The notes beneath the pieces were generated by a model. The model was not told where the DNA came from. It saw only the letters and a program-made list of their open reading frames with translations, and ran no database searches. The translations under genes and the position numbers were made by a program. A stretch of 64,000 nt of DNA from Neisseriales bacterium (GTDB lineage: Bacteria > Pseudomonadota > Gammaproteobacteria > Burkholderiales > Q3-R57-64), in assembly GCA_016699915.1 (NCBI GenBank), contig CP064990.1, positions 512,671 to 576,670 on the forward strand, given 5' to 3'. Each line of letters starts with the position of its first letter. Positions within the stretch are counted from its first letter, which is position 1. Positions 19,106 through 28,174 of this stretch are shown here, piece by piece.

Positions 19106-21007
19106 CAGACATACACACAGATAAATAGGTTAGATGATAAATAGGTTAGATGATGAATAGTTCAGGGAAATTATATACCCAAAAATTCTAAAACTGACTA
19201 GCTAACTAGATTAGCTAAGGATAAGCTTACGCAAAACCTCTAAAATTAAAGAAAAATAAAATCATACTGGCGGTATAATTTTTCTTATTTTGAAGCGTTC
19301 TGCTAATATATTTTATGTTTTATTTTATAACAATGCTGTCTAATATAAACTATGTTAATCTGTTTCTAGGTGGCTTTAATACTGGATTCCATACGATCTT
19401 ACAACTAGTAACGATTAAGAATAATTAAGAAAGGAAGAAAAGATATTTTCAATATTTGAATAAAAATTATTGACAAATACGCACACTGAACAATTTTAGT
19501 GTATCGTGGCAACATATTTTTTCATAAATGCTCAACATGCAGAAAATTTATTCTTTTGTTAAGCATCTTTTTTGATATTTTTTGTTCTCCAATTACTCAT
19601 TAATTTGGGCGGTTGCGCCTCTACTGGTGGCGGGGAGACAAAAAAAGGAAATTATACACCTCCTCCACCTACAGAAGAACCTGCACCTACAGAAGAACCT
19701 GCACCTCCTCCACCTACAGGACCTAATCAAACTGTTGATATGGATTTTGATGGTTTACAAGACAAGCTGGATCCCAAACCCAATGACACCGACAATGATG
19801 GCGCCACCAATGATCAAGATGAAGATGATGACAATGATGGGATAGAAGATGACGATGATGATCAACCATTAGATCCAAATAATCCTCATAAGTTAGCTTA
19901 TCTTCTCGACAAGGACTTGCAATCGAATCAATCAGAAGCACCATTGACCGATACCGATGGTGATGGCCTTATGGATTCAAAAGATCCTTTACCAAAAATT
20001 CATCAAGGGGTAGTGAAAGCAGCAACCTATTTAGCTCATCGAGAATTAACTCTCAAGGTTTTTAACTACGATGTCCAACAAGTTTTAACTCAAATACCTG
20101 ATAACAACAAACCTACTTGGGGAACTTGGATGCAAATCCAAAAATTGGGTGCAACGCAATCTATTCAAGCGACTCAAGAACAAGCGGATGCTGATACACA
20201 ATACCATATTGTTTCAACCAATTATGGTGGCTGGATGACTCAATGGGGTATCAATACGATCCAACGCCAAGACACGACCCTCTACCATGTGGGTTTAACA
20301 GCTGGCTTAATGCAAGCAACCCTTATTGCTGATGATCATCATCCAGCTTCGATCACCACAATAACCAAAGGTTTTGCTTTGGGTGGTTATGGTTTTTATA
20401 AAGGTACCCAAGGTGAAATCGCTTTCAGTCTTCAAAAAGGTTGGTTTGATCATCAACAAGATGTAGCCTATCAAAGCAGTACCCTCATCAGTCATATCAA
20501 AGCTACTTATGCTTTACACACTTGGGGCGCATTAACCTTCAGCCCAACTTTGGATATTACTTATCGCTTTAATACGGATAATCTGAATGAAACAACGACA
20601 GAAAATCAATCCATGTATGAAGGGATATTGGGTCTTCGTGTATCCAGCGTTTGGGGTAGATTGGCTCCCTTCATAACGGTTGATTATAAATTGGGGGCAT
20701 CGGATGATCTAAAGGTGACTCAAGATGATGCCAAACAAACTACTTTTACTCTCAAAACCCAACCAATACCTATTCATTTTGGCCTACAAGGTGGATTGAC
20801 TTATACTCCCAATCATCAATGGAATCTACAAAGTCAATTAAGTTATCGAGACAAAACACTGAATGTAGACTGTCAATTAAACTATCAGCTTCATGAAGCG
20901 CTTAGTCTAAGTGCTAGCTTGCATGAAACCTTTTTGAAGACAGACGTTGATGTTAAAGGAGAAGTGGGATTAAGATGGGGGTGGTGATTATTGTTGGGGC
21001 GTGCAAT
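18828..21007 (+). repeat. Copy B (2180 bp) of the segmental duplication (partner 11412-14610)
   Basis: See copy A. 3199 - 2180 = 1019 bp, which is the 1017 bp repeat-array indel plus two 1-nt homopolymer indels. Confidence 0.95.
19528..20987 (+). pseudogene. Second autotransporter allele (short repeat array), frameshifted at a T6 tract after codon 15; residual ORF 19572-20987 (471 aa) from TTG
   Basis: ATG 19528 reads MLNMQKIYSFVKHLF then TGA (19573-19575), because T6 (19568-19573) replaces T7 (12153-12159). Downstream protein is 100 percent identical to the long allele except for the 339 aa array difference. Confidence 0.75.
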
Positions 21008-21093
21008 TTGATAGTGTTTGTCAAGCTCTTATAATATATTCTGATTTAGATACTGATGGTATGGATAGTTAAAGGCTTTGCTTATGTGCCTAC

Positions 21094-21846
21094 TTACTTG
21101 CTAGCTTGATGCACAGTAAGACCAGCATAAGTTTGACAAATAGGCATCATTTGTAGGACATTGATATTGACATGTTTAGGTAGTGCGCAAACCCAATAAA
21201 CTGCCTCGGCAATATCTTCAGCAGTAAGCGGTTGCGTCTTATCATAAAGCGCTTTGGCTTTTGTCTTATCACCACGGAATCGAACAATAGAAAACTCTGT
21301 ATTTCCACTAAATCCAGGCTCAATATTCGTTACACGTATCGGAGTACCCAATAAATCAATGCGCAAATTATTACTCAATTGATGCACAAAAGCTTTACTG
21401 GCTCCGTACACATTACCGCCACGATAAGGCCACTCCCCAGCTACCGAACCAAGATTGATAATGTGGCCATTTGAGCGCTTTAGCATCCCTTGTAACACAA
21501 GGTATGTACAGTAAAGCAATCCCTTAATATTGGTGTTAACCATTACTTCCCATTCATCAAGTACACAATCTGCAAAGGTTTCCGTACCAATAGCAAGTCC
21601 AGCGTTATTAATTAAAACATCTATTTTTGAAAAGCGATCAGGTAAAGAAGATAGGGCATTTTCTGTAGCAATACGATCTGCTACGTCAAAATTTAGCGTA
21701 TAGCATGGCTTACCCAGCAATGATTGTAGATCATTCAATCTATTTTGGCGTCGACCTGTTGCAATAACAAAGTGCCCTTCTTTTACAAAGCGTTTAGCAA
21801 TCGCCTCCCCAAAACCAGAAGTAGCACCTGTTACCAAAACAATCAT
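21094..21846 (-). CDS. SDR family NADP-dependent oxidoreductase (YdfG-like 3-hydroxy acid dehydrogenase)
   Basis: MIVLVTGATSGFGEAIAKRF (TGxxxGxG), NNAG, YGASKAFV (YxxxK). Confidence 0.85.
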   Translation of the reverse strand: MIVLVTGATSGFGEAIAKRFVKEGHFVIATGRRQNRLNDLQSLLGKPCYTLNFDVADRIATENALSSLPDRFSKIDVLINNAGLAIGTETFADCVLDEWEVMVNTNIKGLLYCTYLVLQGMLKRSNGHIINLGSVAGEWPYRGGNVYGASKAFVHQLSNNLRIDLLGTPIRVTNIEPGFSGNTEFSIVRFRGDKTKAKALYDKTQPLTAEDIAEAVYWVCALPKHVNINVLQMMPICQTYAGLTVHQASK

Positions 21847-22063
21847 TTTGTTATCCAGTAAATTCTTAATGGCAAGTAAAATTAAGTGGTATGCACCTGT
21901 TTAAGTTTCGCCCTACTTGGCTTATTAACAGTTTGCCCTGTTTTTTTCTGATCACGTCGGCGTACTCCAGCGGGCAATGTCATCTCTGCTGGCTTTACCG
22001 CCAAAGAAGCTAAAGAAGTAGAGACCATAACGAATTGATTTTGAGTAGATTTCTTACTGCGTG

Positions 22064-24442
22064 TTATTTTTGCTCCACCTGATATCTGATGCTGTGTTGC
22101 AGTTTTTTAGTTGTTTTTTTATTAACATCTGGCTCCAAAAGTGCTTTGGCGACAACCACGGTATTTTCTTGAGCAACGGATAGATTTGTTTTTTTCGGAA
22201 GGGGCGTACGCGTTTTTTTTACCATTTTGGCTTCAAAAATGGGTACAGATTTTTCAGGTATTTGAACCGGCTCTTGAGGATCTAACAAGGCATCACTTGA
22301 AGTGGTTGGCTTAATCACTGCAGAGGTTGGGCGTTTAGCTTGTCTAGCTTGACGAGAATAATGACGTGGTTTGACAGTTTTATTATCTTCGTGGCTATTA
22401 ACAACGTTAATAGATGCGTCAATTTTTGGTACTGATATAGGTTGTATATTGTTTTCTGTGACGCTAATTGGACGATTCGTTAACTGATCTGAGTTTTGAT
22501 CTTGATGAGGCAGCAAATGCGTAACAACCTCTTTTTTTAGACGGTTTTCGCTGGCCACATATTTTTGTTGTGTTTGGTCAGCGGATTGTTTTAGAGCATG
22601 CTGTGTATCCGATGCATAGTTTTGTTCTTCCCTTCTTTGATGTCCAACACGCTGGTTTTTTCGACCTTTACGGTGATATACGGATTGCGATCTTAAAGCA
22701 CGATGATGGTTTTGAGCGATATGCACAGCTGGTTTCTTTTTAAAGAGAGATGAAAATGTACCGCTTAAGCTCTCTAAAAAGCGCGATGCGATACGAGCAA
22801 TCCACGTAGTAGTTAATTGAGCTGGTAGTTGCTCCCTTGTAATACCCTTAACGGCCGCTTCAAGTGGTTTGACATTGGCTAATTCATCATTTATACGACC
22901 TTCTGCTTGCGGCATTTCAACCATTTTATAGCTTGGGTTATCACCAATTTCGCTGTTCTCATCAATACGTGTTCTATCAATTTTATAATGAGGTGTTTCA
23001 AGATGAATATTGGGCACTAGAATAATATTAACTCCAAGGCGATCTTCTAAATTATGTAGTTCGGCGCGCTTTTCATTGAGTAGGAAAGTAGCCACTTCAA
23101 CAGGTACTTGTGCACGAACCATGTTAGTATGATCCTTTGCCGCTTCTTCTTGTAAGATACGTAAAATATGTAAAGCCGAAGACTCAATACCTCTAATAAA
23201 ACCGATGCCAAAACAACGCGGACAAGTAATATGATTGGTCTCACCTAAACTAGGTTTTAGTCGTTGTCGAGATAACTCTAGTAAACCAAAACGGGATAAT
23301 CGACCAAGCTGAATACGAGCACGATCTTGATGAATAGCGTCTTGTAATGCAGATTCAATCATCCTTTGATTCTTGATGTTTTCCATATCAATAAAATCAA
23401 TGATCACAAGCCCACCTAAATCACGTAACCGTAACTGGCGAGCAATCTCTTCCACTGCTTCGAGATTAGTTTTAAAGGCAGTCTCTTCAATATCAGCGCC
23501 TTTTGTAGAGCGCGCAGAATTAACATCAATTGATACTAAAGCCTCGGTATGGTCAATAACAATAGCTCCACCAGAAGGAAGTTGCACATTACGTGAGAAC
23601 GCTGTTTCGATTTGATGTTCAATTTGAAAACGAGAAAATAAAGGCACATCATCTTGGTACAGTTTGATGCGATTTTTATAATTAGGCATCACATATTCCA
23701 TGAATTGTTTAGCTTGATCATAAATTGCTTGTGTATCAATCAACAATTCACCGATATCTGGCTGAAAATAATCGCGAATCGCGCGAATAACAAGGCTACT
23801 TTCTAAAAAAATCAGAGCTGGCCCCTTTACTGCTTGAATTTTACTTTCGATTTGCTTGCTTTCTCCCCAAGCTGATTGATCAATTGCTGACCAAAGCTGT
23901 AGTAAATAACTCAAGTCCCATTTTAGCTCTTCTAGTGAACGACCAATACCTGCCGTTCTTGCAATAAGACTCATCCCTTTCGGGACGTCGAGTTTGAGCA
24001 TTAACTCTTTTAGAATCTGCCGACTTTCACCTTCGGCTCGGCGTGATACACCACCACCTCGTGGGTTGTTAGGCATCAGCACAATATAACGACCTGCTAA
24101 ACTAATATAAGTCGTTAAAGCCGCTCCTTTATGACCGCGCTCATCCTTATCAACCTGTACCAATACCTCCAAACCTTCATGGAGCGCTTCTTGAATACGT
24201 GCATGTGAATGATATCGCAAGGCAATTTCTTTGAAAGGCAAAAAACCGTGTCGATCACTACCATAGTCTACAAAACAAGCCTCTAAAGAAGGCTCAACAC
24301 GCGTAATAATACCTTTATAAATATTACCCTTTCGTTGCTCGCTACCCGCTGTTTCAATATCAAAATTAACTAGTTTTTGGCCATCCACTATAGCTACTCG
24401 CAGCTCTTCAACTTGTGTAGCATTAAACAGCATTCGTTTCAT
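22064..24442 (-). CDS. rne: Ribonuclease E
   Basis: MKRMLFNATQVEELRVAIVDGQKL, S1 domain, DNase I-like catalytic core (IDVNSARST, DFIDM), Zn-link CPRCxGxG, basic low-complexity C-terminal half. Confidence 0.95.
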   Translation of the reverse strand: MKRMLFNATQVEELRVAIVDGQKLVNFDIETAGSEQRKGNIYKGIITRVEPSLEACFVDYGSDRHGFLPFKEIALRYHSHARIQEALHEGLEVLVQVDKDERGHKGAALTTYISLAGRYIVLMPNNPRGGGVSRRAEGESRQILKELMLKLDVPKGMSLIARTAGIGRSLEELKWDLSYLLQLWSAIDQSAWGESKQIESKIQAVKGPALIFLESSLVIRAIRDYFQPDIGELLIDTQAIYDQAKQFMEYVMPNYKNRIKLYQDDVPLFSRFQIEHQIETAFSRNVQLPSGGAIVIDHTEALVSIDVNSARSTKGADIEETAFKTNLEAVEEIARQLRLRDLGGLVIIDFIDMENIKNQRMIESALQDAIHQDRARIQLGRLSRFGLLELSRQRLKPSLGETNHITCPRCFGIGFIRGIESSALHILRILQEEAAKDHTNMVRAQVPVEVATFLLNEKRAELHNLEDRLGVNIILVPNIHLETPHYKIDRTRIDENSEIGDNPSYKMVEMPQAEGRINDELANVKPLEAAVKGITREQLPAQLTTTWIARIASRFLESLSGTFSSLFKKKPAVHIAQNHHRALRSQSVYHRKGRKNQRVGHQRREEQNYASDTQHALKQSADQTQQKYVASENRLKKEVVTHLLPHQDQNSDQLTNRPISVTENNIQPISVPKIDASINVVNSHEDNKTVKPRHYSRQARQAKRPTSAVIKPTTSSDALLDPQEPVQIPEKSVPIFEAKMVKKTRTPLPKKTNLSVAQENTVVVAKALLEPDVNKKTTKKLQHSIRYQVEQK

Positions 24443-24828
24443 CTATTGTTCCTTAAAAATACGCACATTGTTTGTATCACATCCTTTGCATTTAGCAAGG
24501 TAAATAAAATCAATCAATTATCAAGATAAAGTAAGCTGTTATTTTCTCAAACCGCAAACTTTACTTGCGCTTTATCTTGTTTAAAAATTCCAATGCTATA
24601 TCGGTTATATTACGATTGAAATAGCCACATACGACCTTCCACAAAACTCTTGTTTTGCGTTATAAAATATCATTGGGTAAAACCTGCCCAAAGCACAGTA
24701 TAATTAGCAATCGCTTTGTTATTCTAAACAATCAAAATCCTGTCATTGTGTCAGATTTATGTCAACACAATGCTTCACTGAGCAAAATTCAGGTTGTACA
24801 AAATCTCCCTGTGAGAGTATAAAGCAAT
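24443..24828. promoter_or_regulatory. Divergent rne / rluC control region; likely long structured rne 5' UTR
   Basis: 386 bp non-coding spacer between the divergent rne and rluC starts. E. coli rne has a ~360 nt autoregulatory leader in the same arrangement. No structure was computed here. Confidence 0.35.
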
Positions 24829-25764
24829 ATGTCAAGTCAGCGCAAAACATCTGTCACTTATTCACTTATTCATGAGGAATATGCTGGTCAACGTATTGAC
24901 CATTTTTTACATTGTTTACTGAAAAATGCACCAAAAAGCCTCATCTATCGCTTTATTCGTACTGGTCAAGTACGTATCAATAAAAGGCGTACTACTCCAG
25001 ATTACCGACTAATGGCAGGCGATAATATTCGCATTCCACCTGTTGATGTAACACAATTTAAAGTATTACCCTGCGCTCCTAGAAGAAAAAATTTTAAAAT
25101 TGTGTACGAAGATGATGCATTGTTGGTCATTGATAAACCAGCCCATGTTGCTTCGCATGGCGGAAGTGGCATTGCTTTTGGTGTCATCGAGCAATTAAAG
25201 CAAGCAAGGCCTGATGCCAAGTATCTCCGGTTAGCCCATCGCTTAGATAAAGATACCTCTGGTTTACTCATGATCGCTAAAAAACATGCAGCATTAGTAC
25301 GATTACATGACATTTTGCGAAATGGTTTATCTGACAAGCATTATTATGCTTTACTTTTAGGGCATGTCTTAAACTATCAGGAAGATATCACGTTACCCCT
25401 ACACGAAGGTCGTACTTCAGAAGGAAAAAAATACGTTCAAGTCAATCAAAATGGTCGTTTTGCTCGTACAATACTAACCGTTGTAAAAAAATACCATGAC
25501 TATACCTTGGTTGATGCGTTGATTAAAACAGGGCGTACGCATCAAATACGTGTACATACGCAGTATCTTGGACATCCTGTTGCAGGAGATGCGTTATATG
25601 GTGATTTTAATCACAATAGAAGTTTAGCTAGATGGGGATTAAAACGTATGTTTTTACATGCTTATCGCATTACATTGCCCCACCCTATCAGTAATAAATC
25701 GCTGACTATGGAGTCGCCTTTACCCGTGGATTTACAAAAACTACTTGATCGGCTTGAGGTTTAA
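24829..25764 (+). CDS. rluC: 23S rRNA pseudouridine synthase RluC (RluA family, S4 domain)
   Basis: S4-like N-terminus, catalytic HRLDKDTSGLL, GRTHQIRVH. Confidence 0.9.
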   Translation: MSSQRKTSVTYSLIHEEYAGQRIDHFLHCLLKNAPKSLIYRFIRTGQVRINKRRTTPDYRLMAGDNIRIPPVDVTQFKVLPCAPRRKNFKIVYEDDALLVIDKPAHVASHGGSGIAFGVIEQLKQARPDAKYLRLAHRLDKDTSGLLMIAKKHAALVRLHDILRNGLSDKHYYALLLGHVLNYQEDITLPLHEGRTSEGKKYVQVNQNGRFARTILTVVKKYHDYTLVDALIKTGRTHQIRVHTQYLGHPVAGDALYGDFNHNRSLARWGLKRMFLHAYRITLPHPISNKSLTMESPLPVDLQKLLDRLEV

Positions 25765-25770
25765 GCGTTG

Positions 25771-26469
25771 ATGCCTATACAGAATCGTTTACCAAGTTTT
25801 TTACAACTGATCATCTTTGATTGGGATGGCACGCTAATAGACTCAACAGCTCATATTGTACGAACAATCAATGCGGCTTTTACCGAACATAACCTACCTA
25901 TACCCTCTCAGGAAGCGGCTAAACATATTATTGGTCTATCATTTTATCAAGCTATAACACAACTGACACCAACACTACCTGATACAAAAAGACACCAACT
26001 GATTGAAACCTATCGCCAGCTGTATGCAAATGGATTAGAGGAAGTTGTGCTGTTTGATCAAGTAAAAACAGGTTTATCTGCACTAAAAAATAAAGGGGTA
26101 TTGCTTGCTATTGCCACTGGCAAAAGCCGAAAGGGACTAGATGATAACCTTGCCATGACAGGAACCCAAAACCTATTTGCTACAACACGTACCGTTGATG
26201 AATGCCCTTCTAAACCAGATCCGGCTATGATTCATGCTATCTTAAGTGAGTTGAATATCACACCAAATCACGCCATCATGATAGGAGATACTTCTTATGA
26301 TCTGATGATGGCGCGCTATGCTGGCATCAACAGCGTTGGTGTAAATTATGGCGCTCATTCTGTTGATATGCTTCGTACTTGCTTGCCTGTTGCTATTTTT
26401 GATGAATTTGTATCACTGTATGAATGGCTTATTCAACAACTTGGATCACAACATGCTCGAATGGCTTGA
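25771..26469 (+). CDS. HAD-superfamily hydrolase (phosphoglycolate phosphatase-like)
   Basis: Motif I IIFDWDGTLIDS, motif III/IV GKSRKGLD...MIGDTSYDLMMA. ATG 25771 (track TTG 25768). Confidence 0.8.
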   Translation: MPIQNRLPSFLQLIIFDWDGTLIDSTAHIVRTINAAFTEHNLPIPSQEAAKHIIGLSFYQAITQLTPTLPDTKRHQLIETYRQLYANGLEEVVLFDQVKTGLSALKNKGVLLAIATGKSRKGLDDNLAMTGTQNLFATTRTVDECPSKPDPAMIHAILSELNITPNHAIMIGDTSYDLMMARYAGINSVGVNYGAHSVDMLRTCLPVAIFDEFVSLYEWLIQQLGSQHARMA

Positions 26470-27085
26470 AAATTTTGCCAGCTGTTATCGATACACTATT
26501 CAGCTTGTTGCTGCTACAGCTATGGCTGGTACATTAATATATACGCTATACATCACCTATCGCGATAAAGGTACCCTTAAAGCGCGCGTATTTGTGCGCG
26601 AATTAAGAAAAAATGAAAATATCAACCCGATCATTCTGGGGCAATATCACTTTACCATCAGCCTGTTGATGAAAAATACAACCAACCACAGCATTTATTT
26701 ATCTAAAAACTCCTTTGAATGGGGATTACCCCGATTTTTTGGTGCCTTATTTATAAGACCTAAGGGCACATTTAGTGGTTTTGAAAACACGATAATTCCC
26801 TCTCATGCTGAAGAGCGCATTGATTTAACTTATGATTTTGCGCAGCATAGACGTTACCTTAAGCATGCTTGTACGGTTGATGACGTACTGCATTTGCCAA
26901 CGTGCTTATCTATATTGAAAGGTAAACATTTGCCTTATTTAGCGCGACGCCTAGTTAAACTATATATTTATGCTGAAGACGGTATGGTATACAAAGCTAA
27001 ATTCTCAGCAAGTTATAAGAAAAGATTTTTTAGCAAAAAAAGCATAGGAAATTTACTTCATGCGACCTACAATAAATCCATTTGA
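26453..27085 (+). CDS. Hypothetical single-pass membrane protein (210 aa), no family recognised
   Basis: Start trimmed to ATG 26453 to avoid a 120 nt overlap with the HAD gene. One TM (YTIQLVAATAMAGTLIYTLYITY) followed by a ~160 aa soluble part. Confidence 0.45.
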   Translation: MLEWLENFASCYRYTIQLVAATAMAGTLIYTLYITYRDKGTLKARVFVRELRKNENINPIILGQYHFTISLLMKNTTNHSIYLSKNSFEWGLPRFFGALFIRPKGTFSGFENTIIPSHAEERIDLTYDFAQHRRYLKHACTVDDVLHLPTCLSILKGKHLPYLARRLVKLYIYAEDGMVYKAKFSASYKKRFFSKKSIGNLLHATYNKSI

Positions 27086-27150
27086 CATAAAAATGAGCGT
27101 ATATTATGAATTTTAGCTATTTTATTCGACTGCTTGGATGATATTAACTC

Positions 27151-28092
27151 ATGAAAACGCAACAACCTCGTTGGGAGCGCACTGTTCTTGAACAAATTGC
27201 CATGCAGGGATTGCTGGAACAACGCCGACTAAGACGTTGGAAGATTTTTTTTCGTTTAGCGTGGCTGAGTGTTCTTTTGGTTATCCTGTACCATATTTTT
27301 TACTACCACACTGCTTCAGCACTGCATAGCACAGCCCCCTTTACCGCAGTCATTGATCTGAAAGAGACTATTGATAGTGATCACGATACGGCCAATAAAC
27401 TTGTGGCAGGTATCGAAGCGGCTTTAGATAATCCCAATACACGTGGCGTTATTATTCATGCTAATAGTCCAGGCGGCTCTCCTGTACAGGCTGGCATTGC
27501 CTTTGATGGAATCAGAAAACTTAAGCAACAATATCCAAAAATACCTATTTATACTGTTGTAGAAGATATGTGCACTTCAGGTTGTTACTATATCGCTTGT
27601 GCTACAGATAAAATATATGTAGATAAAGCAAGCATAATTGGCTCAATTGGTGTCGTGTCTGATGGCTTCGGTTTTGTTGATATAATGAAAAAGCTTGGTA
27701 TTGAAAGGCGCCTGCAAACAGCTGGTGACAATAAAGTTATCAATGACCCATTTTCTCCTCAAAACCCTAAACATCAGGCAGTTATTAAAACGCTTTTGGA
27801 TCATATCCACCAACAATTTATTCAAGCTGTCAAAATTGGGCGTGGCAATCGCCTAAAAAAGGATCAGGCGCTTTTTTCTGGTCAAATCTACTTAGGAAAC
27901 AAAGGTTGCCAACTTGGACTTGCAGATGGTATGGGTAATATACGTAGTATTGCTGAAGACGTTATTAAAACTAAGCAGTTGAGGAACTTTACAGTCCAAG
28001 AACCACTTATGGATCGACTTGCTAAAACTTGGGGCGTGCAATCAGATACGCAATTATTTAATAAGCTATTACATACGCTATCAATACGTTAA
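27151..28092 (+). CDS. S49 family peptidase (signal peptide peptidase SppA 36K type / SohB-like)
   Basis: N-terminal TM. IHANSPGGSPVQAG and GSIGVV motifs typical of S49. Confidence 0.8.
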   Translation: MKTQQPRWERTVLEQIAMQGLLEQRRLRRWKIFFRLAWLSVLLVILYHIFYYHTASALHSTAPFTAVIDLKETIDSDHDTANKLVAGIEAALDNPNTRGVIIHANSPGGSPVQAGIAFDGIRKLKQQYPKIPIYTVVEDMCTSGCYYIACATDKIYVDKASIIGSIGVVSDGFGFVDIMKKLGIERRLQTAGDNKVINDPFSPQNPKHQAVIKTLLDHIHQQFIQAVKIGRGNRLKKDQALFSGQIYLGNKGCQLGLADGMGNIRSIAEDVIKTKQLRNFTVQEPLMDRLAKTWGVQSDTQLFNKLLHTLSIR

Positions 28093-28174
28093 CCATACAC
28101 AAAAATAGGTAATCAACTCCAGTAACGATATGTTTGGCTAACTACAGCATCATCACTGTCTAGTCTTAGGTATG

